From Mobula hypostoma (taxonomy: Eukaryota), in NCBI RefSeq assembly GCF_963921235.1, contig NC_086107.1, positions 107,696,001-107,760,000 on the forward strand: 64,000 nucleotides of DNA, in the 5' to 3' direction. A program made the translations under genes and the position numbers. Of this stretch, positions 36,737 through 58,265 are shown in pieces (position 1 is the stretch's first letter; every line of letters begins with the position of its first letter). The notes under the pieces were generated by a model. It saw only the letters and a list, made by a program, of their open reading frames with translations. It had not been told where the DNA came from and ran no database searches.

Positions 36737-36787
36737 GTGTGTGTGTGTGTGTGTGTGTTTGTGTGTGTGCACGCTCGCGCACGCGTG
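36737..36787. repeat. (GT)n microsatellite running into an alternating CG/CA tract
   Basis: Read directly. Confidence 0.9.
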
Positions 36788-37698
36788 TTTGTGTCGAGAA
36801 TGCAGTGTTGTCACTAGAATTACTTAGCGTAATGGTGCCAATACACTATAGGGAAAAAAAACTAGTACTTTAGCCAATACATTCTGTGATGCTGTTTTAT
36901 TTCATCACTTAAAATTGTTCCCCTCTCTTATCAGCACTGATTAGTAACTGGCAGTAACGCACTTCACCCCAGTATTATACAGCTTGGGTTGTAACCAGGG
37001 AGAGTGTTATATTTGGGAAAGGAGAACTTTAGAATTTCACAATAGTTTGAGTGGCCAAGAGTACATTACGGTTTACTGCAATACTGGTGACAACACTGTA
37101 ATGTATAAATAAATTTTAACAGAAGTGAGAGAGAGGCAGGACTGACACACATCAAAAAATGAATGTATTTCATCATTTAAATAAAAATGGCCTGCAAAAA
37201 TTTGTTTAAAGGGATTCTGACTTTTTACCATGTTGGGAAAGGGATGGGTGGTTAGGGTGGGAGGGGGGGTGTGGAGTAATCATCCCATTAGTGGGTGCCA
37301 TTGCCTTTTAATTAGAAAATGAAAATCTGAACTATGCATTCTGTAACCAGGATAGGTACTTATTAAGAGAGGAAAAATAAAATCACTGGTTCATTAACAA
37401 ATTGTGTTGCTCTATGTAGTTTGTACAAATAAGCTGAAGAGTTTCCATTTCTTGATCTGGCCATAGCTGGTACTGTAACCCCATCGCTGGAATAATAAGG
37501 GTGAATTTTTTTATATTTCAGAGCAAAATATTAAAAAAAGTCATTTCATTGAAACTGAAACAAAGTTGTTCTAATAGGTATATATATAAAGAATTTTGAA
37601 ATTTGCTTTTATCCGTGGTTTGTTTTGAGGATGTGATTGTAATTGTGCAACACAGTTGCTTCAGTGGACTACATAATTTTTCTTGAGAAAAAAAAGAG

Positions 37699-37733
37699 AA
37701 TAAACATGTTGTGTTTGGCTGCTAAGCATTAAA
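37699..37733 (+). terminator. Likely distal polyadenylation signals of TNRC6B (AATAAA, ATTAAA)
   Basis: Hexamers preceded by U-rich sequence and followed by TGTTGTGTTT / GGCTGTGTTTTCTTT; repeat-rich DNA resumes downstream. Confidence 0.6.
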
Positions 37734-40700
37734 TTTGGTGTCCGGCTGTGTTTTCTTTCACCTACATTGCATGCAACAATGAACTTTGCCAATTAGTGTG
37801 TCTGGGAACTGTGGGTTCTTCTTCAGGATCCTGTTGCCAGAACCATTGGGGAAAGCTTTTACTTCAAGTCCTCTATACATTAGTTATTGAAACTGGGAAA
37901 AGAATCACTGTTTGATTTGCAGCAAAGAATCCTTGTGTTGGAGAACTGCTAAAATATCTGATTAGATTGAATGCCCTCAAAGCTAATCTTCGGTAACTAG
38001 TGGTACGATGTGTGGGTGGTGCTATAGGAATTGGAGAAGCCTCTTATTTAAAATCTCCATGAGCTAAATTTGGCATACCTAATATTTATTGGATAGGTGA
38101 ATCTTTCTTTAGTTATTGTGCCCGCACTTCTTCCATTGTTGGCAGCATTGGGAATACTCTATGAAAGTGAGACAGGCATGATCAAATGTGCATGATTATT
38201 TCCAGAGCAATTGACTTCAGAATCGTTGGGAAGGAGAGAGGGCTGAATCTATCTGTGGTGACCCCTTCTGGATAAAAAATGAGGTAGGGAGAGGAATGCT
38301 GCTAGATGAAGAACATGATTGGTGTCGGGTGCAATGTTTGCAGCCATTAACCTCGTTAGCCATGAGCATCACAGCATGCAGAAAGATGACCACTGGCTAG
38401 TGCCGTTCGAGTGTTGGTACTGTGCTCCGATGCAGATCCCATGTGTATCTGGAACTGATCAGTGCCATTTGTCTGAGATCTCCCAAATAGGTCATGCAAC
38501 TAATGACCAACAGGCCTCAACATTTCAGATCCAGCAGCCACATTAGTTGAGCTTTAATAGGTCAAAAATTATGGAACATGAATATCTTTAAATACAACTT
38601 TTTTTTTAAATAGTTTTCCAGTCTTTCACTTGTACTGTCCTGCTCTCAGCAGTTGGGCAGTCTGGTAGTGGTCAAAAACAACCTCTGTACTGCAGAGAAG
38701 TACACATAGCCAGCTTTCTACAATTGAATCGGGCATGCATGACGTGGTATTTGAAAGGAACTTGTGTAATGGCAAGTGGTATTCCATGTGTCTGCATCCA
38801 ATGGTTTACAGGAGTAAGGTGAGGTTGGGAACAAATCTGAATCATCATTAAAACAAGTTGAAGCCATAATTAGTGTGAAGCTTTATTGGTAAATAGGTCT
38901 ATTTAGGTTCTAAAGAGTCCAGCTGTGGTAAGATAATAGCGTATTAGATCCTTCTCAGTTCTGTACTCTGTGCAACTGTTTGTCCAGGATTTTAACAGAA
39001 CACCCTACAAGCCTATGCTTGTAAAGATGCAAATTGTTATAGGAAACCAGACAAGATGAGTATTCAATTAAAGATAATTAACCTGCTGAGTATATGAAAT
39101 TTAACTGAATATGCAGATAATGTTTAATTAAACACCTTGGACATTAGAACTAATAAACCTATTACATTGTTGAATTGGCAATGATAATGACTACCATATG
39201 TAACTTCAATTGGTGCTGTATGGAGAATTTAACACCTGAATTACATTCAGACTGAACACATAGGAGCAGAATTAAGCCTTTTGGCCCATCGAATCTGCTT
39301 CACCATTTCATCATGGCTAATCTATTTCCCCCTCAGCCCAAATCTCCTTCCTTCTCCCCATATCCCTTCATGCCCTGACTAATTAAGAAGCTATGAACCT
39401 CTGTCCTAAATGTACCCAGTGACTTGGCCTCCACGGCTGCCTGTGGCAATGAATTCTGCAGATTCACCACTCTGGCTATTCTGACGCAGTGTCCCCGGTC
39501 TCGGACTCCTTCACTATAGGAAACATCCTCTCCACACACATTCTATCATATTTTATTTCAACAATTGAAAGATGGAAATCCAGTATGTTTTAAGTTGTAG
39601 AGAATGGGGAGGGGTGGAGAGACTAAAGGGAATGTGTGTGATGGCGGTAGTCGTAGTAGGCAAGAGGGGGGTGAAGGCTTGTTAATTGTAAAGGATCAGT
39701 TTAGATGATGCAACCAGTCAGAATGTTCAGAAGTCAGACATGCAGCTACGAATGGAGTTCCCACAAAACAACATGCCCATAGCTCCTTGGCATCTGGCAA
39801 AGCCATCTTGCCAGTTGCTAAACATCTGTTCATATGTATGTGAATTGGGTCCTCATAATGGCACATGAGACAATATCTGCAAATTAAATATTACAGGTGA
39901 TTAGTCTTTCTTTCAAAGTGGCTGGTTCTGACCCAATAGGGAAAAGCAAGTTAACTTACAAATTCAGTAAGTTGTAAGTGTTAGAACATGCCTGGTTGTA
40001 AGATGAGATTGTTTCCCTGAGTTCTATCTGGCTTCACCGGAATAGAGAAAGAGGCCAAAGCTGGATGTAAGAATGGGATGTAGAATTAAAATGACAGGTG
40101 GGTGGAAATTTGGGGTCATTCATATGGACTGAAGGGAGGTGTCCCCCAAAAACCAGTCACCCAATCTGAATGTGATTTCTTCATTGTCAAGAACTAGTGA
40201 TGCCCCAGCTTCATAGCAGTAGAATCCTGGCTTCAGATTTTGTCTGTTTGGAATTTGCATGGATTTCCTCCAGGTGCTCCAGTGTCCTCCCATGTCTCGC
40301 GGTTAATTGGCCTCTGTAAATTCCTCCCTGTATGTTGGCCCTACAATATCTTGGTGCAGATTTCATGGGCCAAAGGGTCCTTTTCTGTGTTATATATCAC
40401 TGATTCTATGACCATCACATTGTAGGTGTCAAATGTAGTACACTTACTTGGAAAAAGTTCTAGTGGAGGAATACTGTGGTCTCAAATTGGGAAGAAGTGA
40501 AAGAGTAGGGACCATTGTTGCATTTCTCGCAATTGTATGGGAAGGTGTGATGCAAAGGAATTGAGTTCAAGAGTTGGGAATTTATGTTGCAGCTTTATAA
40601 AACTCTGATTAAGCTAGACTAGACAATTCCATTCAATTGAGTTCCTTCCCATTCCACAAGTTTACCAGGATGCTGTCTGGGTTAGAGGACATGTACATAA

Positions 40701-40889
40701 GGCATAAGGAGAGTCGGATGTACTCGGGTTGCTTTCTTTCGAGTGGAGTCTGAGGTTTAAAAGATTAAGGGTGGCACAGATGCAGCAGACATCTGGTGTC
40801 TTTTTCACCAGGGTTGAGAAGTATCATACAGGAATGGCAGACCTTCTTGAGTGTGTGTGCCCAGTTTGGTGTTAATTAAAAAAAATCTT

Positions 40890-41365
40890 TTACATCATGT
40901 TAATTTTTCCCTTATGACCATTTTACAGAAAAAGAAGAGAGGAGCACACTCTAGCCATGAATGGTCCATGAGCGCTATCTCAACCATTTTGCTTTCTTTG
41001 TAATGTATGGTCTCAACGAAATTGACTGAAATTACAGAGGACGGGTCTGTAAGATGAAAGATGAAGATATGGGGTACCCTATCCTTTAGGTGGCAGAGAA
41101 GGGTGAGAGTGGTTGAAGAACATAGAACAGCTGTGGTTGACATCTCTATCAACTATGGTGAACAAGCATAGATGGGCATCTATTTGTGAAAGAAGGGCCA
41201 TTAGGCATCCAAGTATGGAGTGGAGATGTAGGTGGACATCCAGTGTGAAGATGAGCCAGTGTGAACCTAAATTACTAAAAATCAAATTGGTGGACAGCAT
41301 CAGATGCAGGTGGAAGGACAATGTACTAGAAGAGGAATAGTCGGGGTAGGAATGGGACAAGAGAA
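40890..41365 (-). mobile_element. Decayed Penelope-like coding fragment (RT C-terminus/linker); an endonuclease-like remnant also at ~39990-40190
   Basis: Minus-strand peptides SHSYPDYSSS and DRVPHIFIFH resemble recalled Penelope-like motifs SHSYLDYxSSHP and RVPLVLTYHP; recognised from memory only. Confidence 0.45.
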
Positions 41366-41749
41366 GGCTTAAATAACAGATCCCAGGAGAAGGATTATAA
41401 CTCAGTCATAATGGAATAGTGGAGCAGAGTAGAGTCGAATGAGCTAATTCTGCTCTTATGTTTTATGGGCCAAAATGATGTGGACTCTTGGCAGAACCCA
41501 GTGGCAATAGTGGGTCACATAGCACCTTAATTAACTGAGACTGTTTCAGCATCCAACTACTAGGTTAAATTTAGCAAACCAGCCCTCATGTGAATGTGGG
41601 TAGAAAGTAGAAGTGGGTTATGAGCGGTTGGAGGCTCGAGCCAAAAACGTGTTGTGTGTTTGGAGCGGGGTGGGTGGAAAGATGATCAACATTTTGGTCT
41701 GAGCCCTGCTTCAGGATCATGAAGCGATGACCATTCCTCTCTCATTCCA

Positions 41750-42025
41750 CTAATGCCACACAAGCTCCAGCAGCAGGGCGAGCTGTTTCTCCAGCCTCCG
41801 GTGTCGGAGGCTGTGGCGGGGGAGCAGCTCCAGAACGTCGGGGAAGAGAAACGGGGGCAGATGGCTGTGGCGGGGACCTCCCTGCAGGGTCGGGCAGCAT
41901 CTGTGGTGGGTGAGGAATTGGTGCAGGGTCTCCATCCGAAACGTAGACACTTCCTCTCGCACCCCCCACAGCTGCTGCCCGACCCTCTGAATCCCTGTGG
42001 CATCTCAATCATCCGCAGGCGCCAT
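41750..42025 (-). pseudogene. Disabled ORF of unknown identity, divergent from POLR2F (MAPADD*DATGIQRVGQQLWGVREEV...LEKQLALLLELVWH*)
   Basis: Strong Kozak gccATGG at 42025, in-frame TGA at codon 7, then an open GC-rich frame to TAG at 41750; no homolog confirmed. Confidence 0.3.
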
Positions 42026-42159
42026 GGCCCAAGGAGGGGTTGAGTTGTTTTGGTAATTTTGGTTTATTGAAAAGCAAGGACATTTTTATGGGGTATGTAT
42101 AATAAATATTGAATAAAACAGTTGAAGTAATGACATTGTTCGTGTGGGTAGAACATCAG

Positions 42160-42302
42160 GGTAAAGGCGGTCGAGAACGTGGCGCAGCGCAGCTCGTTGC
42201 CTAGCGAGATGACGTCACAGGCGGGGTCTGGAACCTCTGACCCGGAAGCAGTGCCGTAGTCCCCAGTGGCGGTGGCTTGAAGGAGCGGACGTCGGTGCAA
42301 CC
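42160..42302 (+). promoter_or_regulatory. CpG-rich POLR2F promoter/5' UTR: X-box-like GTTGCCTAGCGAG (42196-42208), CRE TGACGTCA (42210-42217), GC box GGCGGGG (42220-42226), ETS CCGGAAG (42242-42248)
   Basis: Motifs read directly; CpG-dense region ~41750-42700 surrounds the first exon. Confidence 0.8.
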
Positions 42303-54068
<11,766 letters not shown>

Positions 54069-54152
54069 CTTTTGCTGCTCTGTCATATTACTTTGTACAT
54101 GTTTCCTCTATTTAAATGTAGCTATTTTTTTATTGCATACTTGTTTTTGTAA

Positions 54153-54158
54153 AATAAA
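54153..54158 (+). terminator. POLR2F polyadenylation signal AATAAA
   Basis: 85 nt after the stop codon, U-rich upstream, GTGTTTTCTGTT downstream. Confidence 0.8.
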
Positions 54159-54989
54159 CAGTGTTTTCTGTTGAGCAATTGATTCTTCTGGAAAACAAAT
54201 GCGAGAATGCGTGACTGAGACAGAAGTGGTGGAAGAACTCAGCCAGCCACACATACGCTGCGGAAAGAGAAGCCGGGCAAAGTATTGGGTCAAAGTTGTT
54301 GCTTCTGAATCGATACAGTAGAGAATCTGTGCCTGAAAGATCCAGCCACAAAGGATCTGCTGCGGACATGTCTGAGAATTGGCAGTAGTCTGGTGCTGGT
54401 GGGGAGGGGGAGCCGTTTCACTTCACACACAGTTGGTACAGAGCAGTGGTTCCCAGCATTTTTTGTCATTGACTAACACTATTAAGCAAGGAGTCTGTGG
54501 TACTCAGGTTGGGAACCCCGGTATAGAGGGAGCTTTGTAATGTATGTAAAAAGTTTTTTGAAAAAGTTTTATTAATTTATTTAGAGTATCTATACCTGTC
54601 TTAATTCTGTACTTACAAAGTGTACACCAAATTAAAATATTGCTGTGCTTGTCCAGGGCGCTGTCCAGCCCTGTGATGCTCACTAGTCCAGTACAGCCTG
54701 GACACTAGATGCTTCCTCTCCAGGTGCCCCTGAGCATGAAGGTGTCCTTGGAAGGGGGCAGTCAAGTGGAACCCTCGATGGCCCCACAGCTTGGACCTCT
54801 GAATGGCCACCCTGGAGCAACTAGATGAGTAAGTCCTTGATGAGCTAGCTCCACGCCCGAATAGATGCCCAAAGATCAGGAGGCTGACGCTGAAGGAGTG
54901 GATGACATGCTAGTGTAACGCTTTTCAATGCTTTACAACACAGCAAATCAGGGTTCAATTTCTGCCACTGTCTTTATGGAGTTTGTACG

Positions 54990-55365
54990 TGTTATGTTTT
55001 GTAACTCCAAAGCATAAAAACTAATTGGAAGGGAAAAACAAGGGAGCTGGGAATGTGAGTCTAACTTTTTTTACTTTAAGCAAAGTGCGAAAGATGTGGC
55101 GTGATGTCGTATGCCATTTACGAACTTTTACATATAACCTGCAATGCATTATGTAAACAACAAAGAATGCTTAAAATTATGTTCACAATATTGTTCAAAT
55201 ATTAAATATGCAACACATCTCCCTGCTTAGCTATAAACTCAACTCAATATAGTGTGTGTCTCCAGACTTTCAATTCAATATCTTTGAAAGGCCATTCAGA
55301 CTCATTTTGTGGAGTGACTGGAACAGCCAAGTCAGTGTCCAATTCCATTAGTAAATTGTGAGCGG
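54990..55365 (-). mobile_element. Gypsy-type LTR remnant (LTR 54990-55215 + polypurine tract + protease fragment) nested in a V-SINE; a second partial LTR at ~57543-57670
   Basis: TGTT...AACA termini, adjacent purine-rich AAGCAGGGAGATG on the minus strand, peptide LMELDTDLAVPVTPQNE resembling a Gypsy protease MELDTG motif. Confidence 0.6.
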
Positions 55366-55494
55366 GTTATGTGGTCTCCAGAAGACGCTTGCTGCCGTCA
55401 GGACATCCTCGGACTGTGTTGACTGTTTGTGCAAACCACACATTTCACTGTTCTGATGTACATGTGACAAATGAAGCTAACAGTAGTCATGGTG

Positions 55495-55730
55495 AAGGGA
55501 GATGAGGAATTCGCCCCTCTCCCTCTCCCGGATTCTCCTATCACCTACCACCTTGTACTTCTCCACTCCCTTACTCTGACTTCTCTTTCTTTCCAGTCCT
55601 GATGAAAGGTCTTGGCCCGAAACGTCGACTGTTTATTCTTTTCCATAGAAGCTGCCTGATCTGAGTTCCTCTGGCATTCTGCGTGTTGATTTGGATTTCC
55701 AGCATCTGCAGATTGTCTCGTGTTTGCAGC
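55495..55730 (+). mobile_element. Penelope-like element terminal repeat; a further partial copy lies at ~55930-56060
   Basis: Same family; tail GATTTCCAGCATCTGCAGATT. Confidence 0.65.
55594..55631 (+). ncRNA. Minimal type I hammerhead ribozyme motif within a Penelope-like terminal repeat
   Basis: CAGTC-CTGATGA-A-AGGT cttg GCCC-GAAA-CG-TC^GACTG: complementary stem I, intact core boxes, stem II with one mismatch, palindromic ACGT in place of stem III. Confidence 0.7.
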
Positions 55731-57669
55731 CTCCCCCTCTGTTGTTTCCCTCACCATTCTAACCCAAAGCTCCCCGAAGCTGGAGCAGTACTGGTATGGG
55801 GGAGCTACTGCACAGGATCAAAGTAAGCCATACAGTTTAGCAATGCTATGACTATTTTGATCACTTTGCACAAAAATTGATTTTTTGTTCTAATTGTGTT
55901 CTTTCTTGTAAGAATTCTGTGTAATTTATGAACGCAAGATTCTACAAATGCTGAAAATCAGCATCTTGAGTCCTGAAGAAGGATCTCAGCCCAAAACGTC
56001 GAACCTATTCCTCTCCATTGATGCTGCGTGACCTGCTGAGCTCCTCCAGCATTTTGTGCTCCTGTAGTACCACCTCATGAGTGGTACCTTGTCAAAGACC
56101 TTCTGAAATCTAAATGTACAACATCCACGATATTCCCTTTATCTATCCAACCTGTGTGGGAGGGAACTGGAGCCCCCGGGAAAAACCCCTGCATCCCACA
56201 GAGAGAACGTACAAAGGCTCCTTATGGAGGAAGCTGAGATTGAACTCCGACACCCCAAACGTCGCGCTAACCGCTATGCTATGTTTATGCTTTTCTTCTG
56301 AATGCTGCGTGTATGGTGCTGTGTGCCCGTGATGCTTCTACAAGTCGGCTTTTCATTGCACCAGCGCACGCAATAAGCGCGTCTTTGGCCGTGGGTCGAG
56401 TTTTCAGATGGCAAAGTTGCAGAATTGCTGTTCTTGGCGCCATCAAGTGGCCACGTGTGGTACTGTTGCCGACTCCGGCCAGCAACTCGTTCCCAGTAAC
56501 AGCAGCAGACTCGATAGAGGTCCAGGTGTGAAATGGGACCATCTGCCTCCGATACCGCCGTTGGCCCTGCCTCACTGAGCAGCACATTCCCTTCTAAGTC
56601 ATCTTTCAAATATCATTGGATATTTGAATATGAAATTCAAGGCTAATATCTCCCTTTTGCTAAATCCCAATCACCTGGTTGCTTGCCTGACAGTGTGAAG
56701 TATCTATGGCAAAAAACAAGCATCCAGTCAACTTTAAGGGGCATGGTACTTGTTACTGGGTTATTGATATTAAATCCCACCATAGAAGATAAATTTAAGT
56801 TCAAATTGGTAAAATCAGCGTTAAAAGTCCAGAAATCCATGTTACTGTTATAAAAGACCAGCTGGTTCAGTTATGCAGTCAGGCGTGGATGGGACCTGTG
56901 GGAATGTTGACTCTTACCTGCTCTCTTCTCTGGGCAAGGCCTATTAGAGATTGATGAAATCAATCACATCTGGAGTTTCTCCAGTTAGTGGACGATTTCC
57001 CTCCACGCCTCTCTGACATAGTGGGGAAACATGTATGAGGCAAGTTACAGCAGTGGTTTGCCATTGCCTTCTGCCGGGTGAGTTTCCAAAGAGATCACCA
57101 GCTTGTAACCCAACACGGAATGGAAAGTGTGCAGGGGAGCCGCTGGATTCGAACTTGGGACCTTTCGTCCCAAAGTCCAGCACCGATGCCACTAGCCACC
57201 AGCTGGGTCAGAGATTGGTAAAGAATGCATTAAAATCTGCTGCTTAGTATAACTACCAAATAAAAGCAGATAAATGTCTACAGCTTTTTATATCTTCGAA
57301 GATCTCAGAACATATCATCGAGCACTACAGCGCAGACAGGCCTGTCAGCCCATCTAGTCTGTGCTTTCTCCCTAGTCCTATCGTCCTGCATGTGGATCAT
57401 AGCCCTCCATACTTCTCCCATCCATGTACTTATCCAAACTTCTCTTAAATATTGAAATAGAACCCACATCCACCACTTCTGCTGGCAGCTTATTCCACAC
57501 TCTTGTCACCCTCTGAGTGAAGAAGTCTCTCCTCATGTTCCCTGCTACATTTTGTAACTCCGAAACATAAAACTAGTTGGAAGAAAAAACGTCTAGAATG
57601 CGACACTAACTTTGTTTTTGATTTAAGCGAGGCGCGTGCATATGATGTGGTGGCATGATAACGTATGCA

Positions 57670-58265
57670 CCTCTTTCACCTCAGACGGTTGAGAAAGTTT
57701 GGTATGGGCCCCTAAATCCTAAGAACTTTCTACAGGGGCACAATTAAGAGCATCCTGACTCCCTTATTCTCAGGACTCTGCAGAGAGTGGTGCGGACAGC
57801 CCAGCGCATCTGTAGTTGTCAACTTCCCATGATTAAGTACATTTATAAGGACAGGTGTGTAAAAGGGCCCGTAGGATCATTAGGGACCCAAATCATCCCA
57901 ACCACAATCTATTCCAGCTGCTACCATTTGGGAAGCAGTACCACAGCGTAAAAGCCTGGACCAACATGGAGGGATATGATCCAGGTGCAGTTCAGTGGGA
58001 CCGGGCAGAAAAATGGTTCGGCACAGCCAAGAAGGGCCAAAAGGCCTGTTTCTGTGCTGTAATGTTCTATGGTTCTAACAGGCTCCGGGACAGCTTCTTC
58101 CATCAGGCCATCAGACTGATTAACTCAAGCTGACTTGAATGTACTCTATATTACATTGACTGTTCTATTTATTATAAATTACTATGATTGCACATTGCAC
58201 ATTTCGATGGAGACTTTTGCTCCTCATGTATGTGAACGATGTAAGAAATAAGGTCAATTCAATTC
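57670..58265 (+). mobile_element. Rex1/Babar-type LINE 3' end with a CR1-like tail inserted at ~57965-58075
   Basis: CKRARRIIRDPNHPNHNLFQLLP...RLRDSFFHQAIRLINS. Confidence 0.75.

Larger units (their letters stand above)
26731..37745 (+). other. TNRC6B: Probable ~11 kb 3' UTR of TNRC6B
   Basis: AU-rich, no credible ORF, no young LINE/SINE copies. Ends in AATAAA (37699-37704) and ATTAAA (37728-37733) followed by GT-rich sequence. Mammalian TNRC6B is also known for a very long 3' UTR. Confidence 0.7.

Noticed and set aside
36272..36814. 180-aa minus-strand ORF in the TNRC6B UTR
   Set aside because: Starts in a microsatellite, has no recognisable domain, and is probably chance.
42005..42007. 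In-frame TGA in the antisense ORF as possible selenocysteine
   Set aside because: No SECIS identified and no selenoprotein-like context; a nonsense mutation or chance is simpler.
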